64,000 bases of DNA from Bugula neritina (GCA_964035545.1 OZ037766.1:30292274-30356273); one strand, 5' to 3'. Positions 12,818 through 26,971 are shown, numbered from the stretch's first letter. Numbers and translations are program-made. The notes: generated by a model not told the origin, from the letters alone.

Positions 12818-15109
12818 ATCAAGTTCTTTTCTATATAAACTTAATAAAATATTATAAAATGCAAAGATATATTAATTTTCAACTGAGGATGTAAATTACT
12901 ATTTATTATACAGCTGCTAATTAAATCTCAAGAAACTTTTTTCTGAATTTCTATAATCCAACTTTTTTAAAGCAGATTCTATTTAAGCTTTATTATCTTG
13001 CACCATACTAATGTTATTTTAAAAAGAGTGCTGACCCAGTGGTCTGAGTCTAAGCACCAGCTGTGACGTTCAATAAGTGCATTCGATAGTAACTCTTCCG
13101 CCAAATCAGAAAAAAGCCTTTGCAACAGGGTTAATCTCCCAGGGCCTGTGATTATATAAACTCATCTGTATGTGTTTTCTTTGGGCTTTAGTTCAACTTG
13201 AATTGCTTTCAAAGTAACAAATCAGCTGTTACATTTATTAATTTTGTTCTGAGTATGTACGTTTTGACTAGTCAAATTGCATTTTAGTAAACTATTACTT
13301 CTTCTCAAAATGAAATATTAAAAAATCGAGCTCTTAATATACTACCTACTGTAAAACTAACTGCAATGCTTAGTGCTTGCAATAAGTTATGGTATTAAAA
13401 AGAGTTTATCAATAAAAACTGAATTAGATCACAAGGCTTGCCTTTTGTGATGTATAACTTTTCAAAAAAGCTGCATAATAAAGTATGTCAAGTCAGTTAT
13501 ATCTTCAAAGCTTTTGCTTATTTAAAATCAGTTTCAAATCAGCATAATTTACAGTTTATTTCTATCTATTTATAGCACTAACAACACTTCTGGTAAGAGA
13601 CTATAAGAGCATAGAAGTTGTAAGAAGTACTTGTATCTTTTTATCTTGGCATCATAAATTAAGAACCTTATTTTTGGTTAATATTTGTATGAAAATGCTA
13701 TATTTAACCTGTGTCACAATTTTAGTAGCAACAAAGCATTTTATCTTAGAAACTCCGTTGCTTAGCAACAGGCAAACAACTAAGCTAGTATCTAGGCTAC
13801 ATTCTTAAAGATGATAAGATATTATTTATTAGTATTTGACAGATGGGTTGGCACTGGGTTTGGGCAATATTTTTATATTTTACTTTTGAGTGAAAACCTC
13901 AAATTAATTTGTGTGACTCAATCTAATCACTGAAGTCATTTTAAGGAAGTCTTAAATTACCTTAGACAGGCGAGTTATTTATCATGAGTTCCACTTATCA
14001 AATCTGTGGACGTTGTGTCTGGGGATATGTATACAGTGTAGGCTATTCTCGTGAAAAACAAATTTTTCAATACACTCATTTGGGACTTCACTTCTGGTGC
14101 AATTGCAAATAGCTCTAGAGTGATTGAAAATGCTATGTTAATATTTTGTATTTTTATCAAATAATAAGTGCTTGCATGTACAGGTAATATAATGCTTTGT
14201 TTGATAGTCTAATAAAAATAATTAGGCCCTCATCTGGAATCTATTTAAACAAAACTATATGAGCTATATATAAATACATCTGACTAATAATTGATTAAGT
14301 CTGGCCATGCAGTTTCCAATTTATGGAGGCATTATTGCTATCTTTTGATGCCATTTCAGGCAGCTTTTGCTAGTCTGCATGGATGTCCTAAAACAAGAAA
14401 TCAATGCTCATCTCAATGTTTATAGACAGAGTAGTTTTTAAAAAATGAACCGTTCAAAACATTTGCTTTCACCAAAATGAAGACCGCTGGTTTGCAAGCT
14501 AGATTTCCATAACCATTGCACTATACGGGGTTACTGGGTAAGCTAAAAGCTACCATACTGTTTATTTTGGTAGATGTTTCACCATTATTAGAATTCATGC
14601 TAAATTACCAGCTCACAAAATTTTGGTTTGTAAAAACCATCATTAACTGGTAGAAGATTATAGAAATGATATGTAGATCAGTCCTGCTGTGTTTTAATGC
14701 CCAGATTATACTTGGTCTATTATATGAATATCAGCAATTATTACAACACATACATTAGAGTTATAAGCCTAATATTATTAACAGAATATAATTGCATATA
14801 CATTGCTATATAGTTAACTTTTACATTTCTGTTGACTACTAAAATGTTGTTACAAATACAACCAACACAACGGTAAATAAATAAGAAGGTATTTTTATCT
14901 TACAATTTAAATGACATGCAATGTCTTTATTCGAAAGTGCTTGCAATGGAAATTTTGCTAAATATAGCTTTTGGGGAGAAAGTTTTGAAGTTTTAGCCAT
15001 AGTTCCATTTTAAAGCGAAGAATGCCAGCTAGCCTTAATATAATCTATAGTGTTAAAGTTTGCTGTAGTTGGCAATCTTATATTTACTCATTTAATTCTT
15101 AATTGGCAT

Positions 15110-15409
15110 TTTGTCAATTTTATTTTAATTGATCCCTAAGCAGTGGCACGCGTCTGAAGAAAGAATCTAATCACTCAAAAATTTCAGAAGCGGACGTGGC
15201 TGTCACATTAATCATAAAGTTTTCAAATTAATTTTCTTTTTGCATCAAGATTTTAATAACTTAAAGAAATTGATTTGGCAATCTTCACTGAAGTTGCTTC
15301 TAGTTAAAATTCCTTTAGGTAAAGACATATATCTTGGGTTTGCATATAAAAGGAATCTAGCAAACTGAAGACGCTGTTCAATTTGTATCAGCTGACTCGT
15401 ACGTATCTT
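15110..15409 (+). promoter_or_regulatory. Promoter and short non-coding first exon of peptide paralog C
   Basis: TATAAAA at 15345-15351, donor gtgagt at 15410, acceptor ttttacag ending 15590. Several upstream blocks are conserved with the paralog D promoter. Confidence 0.6.
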
Positions 15410-15603
15410 GTGAGTATACATGCAGATTCACCTAAACAAAAGCCGTTTTTAGCAAGCCAATTGTTTTGTACAACTTATGTTTAATTTTTTCCAAAACATA
15501 ATCATCCTTTATGAAGTTTAATAGCATTTTAACTTGTTACTGTTTTTATGTTGAACACTTTTAATTTATTCTTTAATGTTATTTTTACAGATTTTTATAC
15601 AAA

Positions 15604-16514
15604 ATGAAAGTCAGCGTTTTGGCAGCAGTACTGTTAGTGAGCCTGGTCGTAGTGCTCACTTCCGCTCAACAGCTTGTCCACCCATCTGAAGATGGTAAGT
15701 AAATACGTTAAAATATAATAATTCTTTGTTATAATAATAAGTTATCAGTGTTGTGAATTAAATTAGGATTATGAAAAACATTGAGTAAGAAATTAGATTA
15801 TTTAACTTTCCACAAAATAACAATTGATTGCTAATTATTTGTTTAATACAATGTTATTGAGCTTTACAATAAACACAAGATCAGAGTTATGAGTATGCCT
15901 ATGCATGTATATAATATACACCAACATATAGAATAAGTGCTAAAACGGGAGTAAAAAGAAATTGAATTACCACATTGCTTATCGTAAATATAGTTACCAA
16001 AGCAAATAATTTCAATTACCTGTTTATTAATTGATAACATTTGAAAGTTATTAAAAGAAAAAACACATGATGGTACGGTATTGTGTTGTGCAAAATATTC
16101 ACATTGTCAGTGCATACAAATAATGTATTATTTCTTATTGCATAATATGTAATTTGTATTTCAATTTAGCATTGTTTTGTAAACATTTTGCTCTTTACTT
16201 ATTTATCAGGTCGAACGTGTCAGCAATGTCGTAGAATTGTGATAAACCGATGTCTGGGTTTTGGAACCCGACTTCGATCTAGATGTCAGGAGAAAGCAGA
16301 TCAACGATGTGCTATAGTTTGCCAAACAACCACGGCTTCACCAACCACAACTCCTATGATGACAACCTCAATGAAACCATTCTGTAAGTTTAGATGCGGA
16401 GGAAAATCTAAATTTGGTCGCAGAGGCGGGCGTAGAAGAGGAAGCTTCAGAAGAGGTCAAGGCAGCTTCAGAAGAGGATTCTCGGGCCGAAGAAATGGCG
16501 GAGCTCAACAATAA
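15604..16514 (+). CDS. Secreted 6+2-Cys peptide with Thr linker and Gly/Arg tail, paralog C (131 aa); join(15604..15694,16210..16514)
   Basis: MKVSVLAAVLLVSLVVVLTSAQQLVHPSED | GRTCQQCRRIVINRCLGFGTRLRSRCQEKADQRCAIVCQTTTASPTTTPMMTTSMKPFCKFRCGGKSKFGRRGGRRRGSFRRGQGSFRRGFSGRRNGGAQQ*. Phase-1 intron gtaagt...tatcag. Confidence 0.9.
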
Positions 16515-18944
16515 ATATATATTTATAGTTTTTCTTTAGTATTAGCTGGCACTTTTGTTTGTTGTGGAGAATGTTTCAATGTTATTGTTATTGTTTTTTG
16601 CTGTTGCTGTTTTTGTAGCTTTTTAAAGGTGTTTTTAAATAAGCAATGTTTTGGAAATAAACTAATGCACTTGAACTTTATTTAAACCACTCATTTTCTT
16701 TTAGTTTCATCAACTTAAAAAAATTGCTCATCTCAAATGCAAAAAATACTAAAATATAGTAATTTACTGATTCATGCATTCTAATATTTGTGCTGCAAGT
16801 GTTAAACAGAAGCATAGATGCTTTAGACAAAAAGTAATTGCAAAAGTAGGTACTGTTGCTTAAAAATCATATACTTGAATAGCTTGAATGTTCTAAGAAG
16901 CATGCAAGCAGCGTGAACATGCTGCCAAATTGTCACAAATATACATCTTAATATAGTTTGATTTGTTCACATACATTTTTTGGTGCAATGGTTAATAGAA
17001 TAATTCATATTTAATTGCATGTGGCAGTTTTTAATTTAAAAACTTAATGCAGTTATTTTGATAATTATTAAGCTGATTTACTATTTTATAGTTTGTGATG
17101 AATCAATTTATTTCTCCTTGGTAATATGAATGGTCGTTGTTTGATTCAAGAACCAGAACAAATAATAAGTTCTCTCTATTTAATGGTGTCTAAACTAATT
17201 TAATAAAACTAACAATATTAAAGTTTCCTGCTTTATAAGAGTATTAAGTTAAACAAAAGCTATTTCTATATTTTTTCAAAGTCTTGGAGTTTTAAATTTT
17301 TGAGGAGCTGATCATATATCTAACAAATCTGACATTTTTACACACAAAAAGAATATATTTAAAATACACGAAACCATAAATTAGCGCTTAATAAAAGTCT
17401 CAATTATATATATATAGGTATTATGTATATACTTAGATAATATTCAAATTAAAACGTTTGGCTGTTTATATGTTAAAGAATTTATCCATTTATTGAAACT
17501 ATTTTATAGAATGTAAATGCTGTGATTGCTATTAAACCTTCTATATAATCATATAGAAATATAAGAATATAATGATATTTCAATTAATTAAATTTTAGAC
17601 TGTGATTACTATAAAAATGCATAAGTTCATAAGTAAAATTATTAGGAGTTTAGTTTATATGTTGGTTTGCCATAGTTATAATATATAGAGAATGGCATTG
17701 GCATGTATCTCAAGCCCATTTCCATGCATGAGCTAAATTTCAAAGCTTTATTAAAATGTTTTTGTTGTTGAATGATATACATTTAAACTTAGCATTATCC
17801 AATTTTTTTATAGTTTTGATTTGTTTGAGGTTGATATATAAAAACTGAATATAGATCGTATTAGAATGTGCCAACAAAATAAGTAAGGCTTATGTTTTTG
17901 GGCAAATGTTATATATTCTATATTATAACTGCTATATTATATAGCTGCGCTGTTAAAAAATATACTAGCAGCTTATTGGACAATATTGCTGCAAGCCTAA
18001 TTTTAATAGACTGCCATTACAGGTGATCTTAAGATCATATAAAATATCTTCGTAAACCATAAATTAAAAGCAGGAAGCTAATGTATATTAAATTATGAGT
18101 AATTTATATTGGATTAAAAAGAAGGAAGCAGTTTTTCAACGTTAGTATTTCAAGTTAAAGCCACGCTGATTCAGCATATTCAGGTTTCAGTAAGACTGTC
18201 CATGTAAATTGATTGATATAGTGAATATTACAGTGGTTATTTTTTTTGGGTATCGACTGTAGGTTAAGTAGATTAGCATGTCTTACTAGATAACTCTTTT
18301 ACAACTAAGGAAGACCACTAATTCCTATTAACCATCATGGAATCAAAATTCAGGAAGCAATGCATTACAAATACCTCAACTGTAAATGGTCGTACTTCAT
18401 AATTCTAATTAAACAAGCTATGGCACGCTTTCTAATACATTAAAGAGGACATGGATGTGGTAAATATATCTATTTATGTTCCGTAATCAATCATTTGGAA
18501 AGGAAACTTGCAACTGTATTACTAGTTTAAGCAATTTTCTGGTTGCATTTTGAGCATATGTGAAAATGTATTGACAGACTATAATTAATCCTAACCCAAC
18601 TTTCAGGTCATATATGTATATGTAGTTTTTGTGTAGACAGTTTATGTTACTCATCTTGTAAAATGTTTTCTAGCATTTTCTGCTGGTATTGCAGCCTCAA
18701 CTGCTGTTAAACTTTAATTATATATTACTTAAATTTTCACAAACCAGGAGAAATCAAATGTTTTGATGTTAAAAAGAGTTGAATGCTATCGGCTAACTTT
18801 ATACATAGATAATAATTTTTGATACATGAAATATAATGTCTTTTTACGGACAAAGCTGTTTCTAAACATGAGATAAACACTACAAGCACTTCGGCCTATC
18901 TTCTTTAAAATACAACTTAACTGGAAAACAGACCGGTTGCACTA

Positions 18945-19004
18945 TATTACATCACCCCTGTGTTGACATATGCATGCATATGTTAATACAGGGGTGATGT
19001 AATA
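18945..19004. repeat. 60-bp near-perfect palindrome
   Basis: tattacatcacccctgtgttgacatatgca / tgcatatgttaatacaggggtgatgtaata; 2 mismatches. Confidence 0.9.
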
Positions 19005-22000
19005 ATTATAGTAATTGATATCCTTTGAAAAGACTCCTAAACATAAAACGGGTATATTATCATCACTTATACGCTTTTATCTAACCACAAACAATAAGAA
19101 AACTGGCTCTTCTTTCCGCTGCTAACAAAGTTTTTTTAAAAATGGTTTTGCTTTATTTTCTGTTTGCAGCTTGGTGAGTTAATTTGTCAATTGAGATTAA
19201 CTTATATATAACTCGCAGAATGTCAAAAACTACAGAATTAGAATATTATTAGAGATAAAATAGTTGTGAAATTGAAGGCAGATATAAAGTTATACAGATA
19301 ATTTGGTCTGTATTACATACATTACAGGAACAACCAAAGATAATGTAAAGTGAGTGTATGCATGTTAATGCAGTAGCATATATTTTGCTATCATTTCGCT
19401 ACATTTTGACTTCTTATCTTTTTTTCCCCAGCATTTATTGGGTGATTAATTTTATTGTGATGTAAATATTTTGCTTGTTTGTATACTCGATATTATTTGT
19501 TGGCCATACTTTGCTTATAACATGTATACAGCATATATATTTCCCTGCGCGGTTATAATCTTGTGAGCATTGTAGTTTAGTTGTAGAGCTTTCAATTGAA
19601 ATTTGAATGACAATATTATATAGTATAATATAACTTTTTATCTTATATTTCTTCTTTTTCTGTAACATAAAACTGCAATCAAAAGCTTTGAAGTTATGGT
19701 TATAGAAGCACTGAATACACTATAATGGCTATATAAAGTATCTCACAAATCTAAAAATTATTTTTTTTATTTTCATGCTTATATGTGTGTTAAATTTACA
19801 AAAAAATACTAAAAAGCAAATTAAAGCTGGATCGTGCAGTGTAATTATTTTCATACAATGTAGACAGTTGAAATTAAAAACTTTCTTGCATGTAAATTGT
19901 CAATTTCAAATGTAATATGTAATCTAATATAGTATGAAATACAACATATATAAGAAGCAATGCTTCAAATTTTATATTTTTGAGAAAATGCAATCACACT
20001 TATAAAGAAAGCACTGAATATATATGAGATTGATAATTTAGCTCTGATGCAGATTGAAGGTCACAAAATTGATTCTTACAAAATGAAAGGTTTTGCACTG
20101 AGTGAAAGAAGGTGAGGAATTTACTCATAAATTACCCTTTTTCTTTTCCTAATTAAAGAATAATAAATTATAAACCACTTCCTAAACTCTAATCACAGTT
20201 TGCTATTAATTATCAACATATCTGAAGCCATATAATCAATCATTTATATAGATATATATAATTATTAGTACAGTAAAAGTTGTAAAATATTACATTCTAT
20301 AGAAAAGTTACTATATAATTTATCTGCAACAGTTTTATATATAGTAGATGAGAATATATACATGTTGTGCTATATTCACTTTAGTAGAGAACATTCAGAT
20401 TTATTGTTTGTAGTTTAAAACTTTATGGAGTATATATTTCACTTTGAAAACAAATCAAACTGAGAAAAATAATGAGAGGTAAATTGATCATGGTATCACG
20501 TAATTGTATATTTGTTGTGTTTTAGTATATAGAAATATTTATTGTTGCAGGCTGAAAGAAAGTAGCAATGTGAAAAGCCTTTACATCATAAGTTATAAGT
20601 GAAGTTGCAAGTGGCAAATGTTATAGAGATAAGTGAAAATGCTGAGTTATTATGCTAGTCAAAAAGCTAGGTTAGCTATTGTGCAGTATTAATAATGAGT
20701 GTGGAAAAAGCATAATAATATAGCTGGTATTATAGCTGTATTGATACATGAAAAGCTATAATGAATTAGGGAAAAGCTTTCCCAGCTTATGCAATGTCCC
20801 AACTGCAGTATTTATTCTGCATTATACATTAAGCCATGATACATGCAGAGCACTTCCTGCAGACGAGCACTTTCTCAGTACAATTTCTTGTACTAGCAGT
20901 ACAAGAACTTTTTTAAAAATAGACAAATAAAAAAGCTCCAGTCAAATTGATAGCTTTTATAGTTTATGTACTTTCATTCAGTAAGGATTTTATTTACAAA
21001 TTAACAAAAATAAATAGCTAGGAGAGGTTTAAAAAGATTGAACTTTTTGTTTTCTTATAGTATAATTAATATCTTTGCATTATCAATAATCAATAGTTGA
21101 AAAACAATATAATCAAAATACATATACTATTATAATAATTGTATAAATTAAAATTTATAATAATACAGTATGCCATGACTATTCACGTAACATTTGTATA
21201 TGCAAGCATGTGTGTGTTCATGCAGTCTGTGTGTTACCTGTGTGATAATATATTTGTTTTTGTGCTGCTTTTAATTTTATACTTCATATATTATGTTGAA
21301 AAGCATCACTATATTCATCAAGGATTTTTAAAAAAAATTGCAAATATGTTTCAATAACATAGACCATCTCACCACATATAACATACATGTTAAACTATAT
21401 ATAATAAGCTCTTTAGTGCTGTTTACTCTTGTTGCATTTATTTCATTACATTATCTGATGCTATAGTAAATTTTTATATTCAGAGCAGACACAAGCACTT
21501 AAAACTTTTAGACATCAGTTTTTGCAACACATTATTAAAGGTCAATATACATATAAAAGGTCAATATACATATGACAAGTTAAAGCAAGTTTTTGTCTGA
21601 AATTAGGATTTACCTACTCTTGCTTTCATTTAGTTATTCTGTTACAATAGTTGAATTGTTACAAATACTCTCATAATTCTATATTGCTGTATAATTGCAT
21701 TTTATTACTGAGCGTTTTAATTATTTCTCGATTGTGTGCTCATATGAAAAGTACTTGAAATGCAAAGTACAGCTAAGATAAGAATTATTCTAAAAATAGA
21801 GTTGTAATAATAAGTGGTGCCAAAAGTTATAAGAAGTTTTATTATTGTTGTGTGACAAGCTTTGTTTGAAATATTGCCATAACTTGCTGTTGGATTGTCA
21901 AAATTACATGTTCACTTGGAGTAGTCTATTTCTTTTAATATATAAACAATATCAAATTCAATTAACAAACAAATGACCGCTTATTGGTCTAATCTTTTTA

Positions 22001-22344
22001 TAATAATTTTTAATCAAATATAAAATATGAAGTTTAAAAATCACTATACACCATAAAAAATGAACAGTGAAGGAGCAGTGGCCAGAAAAGCTGTCTAACA
22101 CTACACATTATGTAACTTAGTTAGTTTCAATGACATATCACTTTTACAATTCCACTACAGATTATATAATGAATGTTTTGTATTATATATGTTATGTAAT
22201 CAATTGATTTAGATATGAGTTCAAATTTATCTTAACTAGGTTTAGCTTTACTGACCACAAAAGCTATTAGTATAAAAGTTTCACAAATTTTAAATGAAAA
22301 ATGATTAATATATTATATACTGTGTTGTGATCAGGTATCAAGCT

Positions 22345-25300
22345 TTAGTCTCTTGCTATTAGATCATTATATTTTCTTGAGCAAGATGTTAGTCCATACG
22401 AAATAAGGAAGAGAATAAATTGGGCTATGGTATACACAAAAGCAATACCTAATACAAATACAGCTGCCAGCCCTGGAGTGTTTTCCCAATCGATAACTGG
22501 ATAAACAACTGTTCCAGTAACCCTCCACAAAATAATTGTAAAAAAAGCGTAGGACAAACCAAATATTACTGGCTGGTAAAAGTGGAGAATACGAGTGTTT
22601 ACAGAGCTAATGTATTGCTCAGTGACCATAAGGACAAAATTGACAACGTGTACTGTAATGTTGTTGTAGGTAATATCCTGGTCACTGTAGAACAGACCCC
22701 AGTAGGTAACTGTTACTAAACCAGAACTAGGCAGAGCAATGTTATAAAATAGCCATTGAATCTTCATAAACCAGGGTAAAGGAGTTTCTTCAATTCCATG
22801 AGCAGTCTCAGAATTTCCCTAAAATATTTTTTAAGAAACTGTAACAATGAGCATAAACTTTTAACTTGGAAAATGATCTTTGACTGTGACAATAACAAAG
22901 TATTTTTAATGGGGCAAGATGTTTTTAATGTTTTTCATGAAATAAATTATTGATTTATAATAATTATAAAAAGACAAAACTGTAATTTCTTTAATCTTAT
23001 ATACACTGCTATCATAAGCATGCATTATAGAGTTATTATTATATAGTTAAATTACTACATATTTTTTAAAATTCCTTACTGCAATGATGTTACCGCATGG
23101 TAGATTTGACATTTTGAAAAGTTTAAATTCATTTGTGTAGACGCATGTGTATAATAAACATATATTAAGCTTTAATTTATAATAAATACTTCTTCATACA
23201 CAGAGCAGACCTAAACATTTGAAAACTAATGGCTAGTTTATATACATATATTATAGCATAACAACACAACTTTTCTTTAAAACCAGGAGTTGCATTCCTT
23301 CAGGTCCTGCTATCAATTTTATTAAATACAAAAAACTAATGCAAGTGTATATAGTCATCATCTCTGTGAAAAAACCCACCTCTTCCCAAATGGAAAAAGT
23401 TTATTTTACTCGGCACAGGAGCAAATGTGACTAGATATTCTTCCTAACATGCATCACCAATGACTTTTACTGGGGTTTGCTGTATAACCCGTAGTCCACG
23501 GCTAAAAATTTTGCTGACCACTTTTTTTAAAAATGATATTTATGTTGTCTCAGTTTGTGTCATTGTACATTTGGCAGATTTTTCTACATATAATATATTC
23601 TTTTCTTATAGAATAGAAAAAAATGTTATTACATTCAGATTGCTATAGTGACCTCTCCTAATATATTGAGATTTGATTTTATTCTAAGTTATAATGAATT
23701 TCTAGTTTCTAACGGTTACGGTGAACTTTATTTTAAAAATTATGTTTGAAATTTGTCTTGGTAGATCAAAAATTTATCACAATTATTTGCATCTATATTA
23801 CCACATCTGCACTACTACCATACTTTAAATAGTAGAAAAAACATGTAAAAGCATCTAAAGCATTGTGTTTCAACTTCTATAATAATACAACACTTTGCTA
23901 CGATATATTTTGGTTTTATTTATTTATAGAATTTTGTTGAAGTCTTTAGCCACAATATATTGTGTTGAAATATTGTGGTTTAAATTTTTAATTACAGCAA
24001 TATAGCTTACTGCGTATAATATTTTGGTAAACTGCTCAATCCTAATTAATAGCTTGTTTTACTATACCATTATTTAAATCCAAAACTGACAACAGCTATA
24101 TTATGCAATATACAGCATAAATGTAGTAATATGCTTTTATTTCATAGAAAATGAATAGAAATGTATGAGTCATACCTGAGAGGCAGTTTCTGATGAGTCA
24201 GCAAGTTTTCTTCTTGCAGCACGTTGTGTACACAGATAATACACACTACAACAATGTTTAATACACTGGTGCACTATATATGCACAGATATATCATAAAT
24301 GAAGAAAAAAAGTCTTCTTTTCAAAACCTAATTTCTCACACTAAATCATACCATATTGTAATAAAATATTTTTCATGCAAACATATAAATTTAGCAACAA
24401 ATTTAGCGACAGTTTTTATATGGGCTAAAAGATCAGACGACTCTTAACAATTTTAACAAAAACTCTTATTAGAAGGCTCATCATGAAGCACTTGTAGTGA
24501 TTTTAAATTTAATGAGCAAGCATTGAGTTAATTATATAGATAAAGACACTTTCTTAGCTTTATTAATTTATGCAGTGACTGTACATTCATGTAAAAGTGC
24601 TAACGCATAATATATAAGGACTTTTAAGGCAGATATGAAAATTATAAGCATTCTGTAATTAATAAGAGCTGTATAATTTAATTTGCCTGCGGATTGTATT
24701 GAACAAATATGTCTATACCAGCTAATCTTTTCACTGCATATCTCTTCACAGTTTCACAGTAACAGTAACAGATTGTAATTACATAATAGCTTTACAGGTG
24801 TGAAGCAGTACAATCACAGGTGGTTACTTTAAACACTTGAGCAGTAAATGCTGCTTCAGGCCCTTAGCATTTAAATTAGGTAATTCAAAATTTCAAATTG
24901 CAAAATAAGTTTCAACTCCTTATCACAATGCATTAATACATTTTACCTAGCTGACCTCTACTCCTGAATGCATGTTTGACATCATATAGTACTACACACA
25001 ATGGAAAGCAAATATGTTTGTGTTAATCTGTTAAATACTCCGCAGTCGTAATAATAAAAGAAGAGAATGACTGAGTTTATGTGCCTCACTACTGAATCTA
25101 TGAAATCATGCATTAGCTTTTAATCTTGAAAAACAAGAGAAGCCATTGGCAAGCTTAACAATCATGGTTTTCATGCATTTTAATGGTGAGAAAACCAGGC
25201 TAATTGGGCTGCTTATGGCATATGTTGTACAATAGCAGTATAGGTTAGGTTGAAACTTTCTGCACTTTACAAATATTCATGGCGATCCAGCACTTTTTAT

Positions 25301-26421
25301 TATGCTTTATAAAATCCATATCTTTGAGATCTACATCTAAAATGGCGAAACGGCCTGCCACATAAAAAAAGTTTTCTCTTGTGCACAACCTTAGAAAAAG
25401 CAGCAAATTTAAGGTTTTGTGTACATATCATACGCTGTCAAAATGCAAAGGTGTTTCTAAGGTATTGTGATATAATTGACTGCGCATGGGCACTATTATT
25501 AGTTACTCTAAATTTTTGCCTGTGACTTTAGGGTTTTAGAATTTTAATAACCTATAATTTACGCATGAGAATTTCCAAATAAAATAATTTATAGCATATA
25601 GGCGGCAAATTCAGGCATGATTACAACCATGGGGTTTCAGTAATTATACTGTATGCAGCATGAAGCTTAATAGTAAAATTAACTTATAGTGCAGCTTCCT
25701 TTACAAAATATAGCTGCTTGGTGACTGCTTAAGATTGCATAAAATTAATCGACATTAATTTGTATTTTACGTGATTTTGTCTTTAACAGTTAATTAAAAC
25801 AATGTTGTCTATGACATGATTTTGTACATAAAAAATGTGTTATGTTTTGAAATACCTATGAAGGTATTTTTCTAGGCGAGATAAAAAGCACTTTGTATAT
25901 TATCGTACTTCTATAATTTTAAACTTTACCTTGAGATGGAAGCAAACAGGAAGTAGATGGTGATGCTCAAAAAGCTCCACGTTGTGAGGTAAATGTAGCT
26001 AAGGCCATAGGTATCAGCTGTAGCATCATCAACAATAGTTGTGATGAGAGTAAGGAGAAAGGCAGATACTCTGAACAAAGTGAGTCCCAACACCCAACCT
26101 TGGTGGCTGCAGAACTAAAAAAGGACAGACAACCTTATAGCACAAAGGCAGTGTTGATTATTAAAATGCTTGAAATGTGTTCTTGAAAAAATCAGTATGA
26201 TTGCATGAATACCCAGTGGTGACTATTCTAATCCTTCTTTAACAGAAGCTATAAATAGAAAAGAAAACAACATAATGCAATTATTTTAATAAATTTTGAA
26301 GCACAATTTATGCTTTAATTATTGTACTTACCCTAGGTGCTGACAACTCCCTTTGTGTGGCATCTTGAAAGAAAACTTTCCTTCTTGTAAATTCTGCTTT
26401 GAAAGCTTCCACACAGGCCAT
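22345..26421 (-). CDS. rost: Rolling-stone-like multipass membrane protein, copy 1 (~272 aa); exons 26332-26421, 25930-26114, 24176-24245, 22345-22818
   Basis: Four phase-consistent exons. Motifs YLTTW, LPWFMKIQW.FYNIA, VT.TYW, HVVN, YPVIDW are typical of the rolling stone / FAR-17a-AIG1-like family. Confidence 0.85.
23355..23505 (-). mobile_element. Degenerate copy of the tRNA-derived SINE, in an intron of rost copy 1
   Basis: Shares gcacaggagcaa..gactagatattcttcctaacat..catcaccaatgac..ccacggct with the other copies; B-box lost. Confidence 0.6.
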
Positions 26422-26971
26422 ACTGTACTATAGTATGTTTAACTTATATATACTCTGTACTCTAACTAGTAAGTATAAGTATAACTGAGACACCAGAACA
26501 CCCAACACAACTTTGCTGATTGTGGTTGGCAAGAGGATGAGGTGATTATATTCTGACCAGAAACTCATATAAACTACAACTGAAACTGCTTCTACATATC
26601 ATTTGAATAACAGCCCAGCCTCCTTATGGCTGCTTAGTAACTTAAAGCTCATTATAACATGTCCGCTGGGTCATTTGTCCACTCTCAATTGAGTTTTTGT
26701 CTAGTAGCTGATCATTCATAATAGCTTTTCAAACAAACATTATCATTATTGTAGTTGCCCTGATTGTAATCTAAAAACATGTATGATTGTGCAATGAACG
26801 TATTACATCATTCAGTGAAATAAAAACTATCAATATGCTATTATTTAGCTATTTTGAAAGCATTTGTAGTCTTTTGTTCAAGTTGAATTAAACAACTTGT
26901 TTATGGAATTTCTACCGGACTACGGCTTGAAATGGTGAAATTTACAACAACAAATTGATATATATAATTTT

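Noticed and set aside
9938-14160. Short AT-rich ORFs between peptide genes B and C as further family members
   Set aside because: None has the signal-exon/phase-1/6-Cys layout, and their composition resembles random AT-rich DNA.
24191-24203. CTGATGAG here and at ~28676 as additional hammerhead cores
   Set aside because: Antisense of rolling-stone exon 3 codons, with no stem II or GAAA following.
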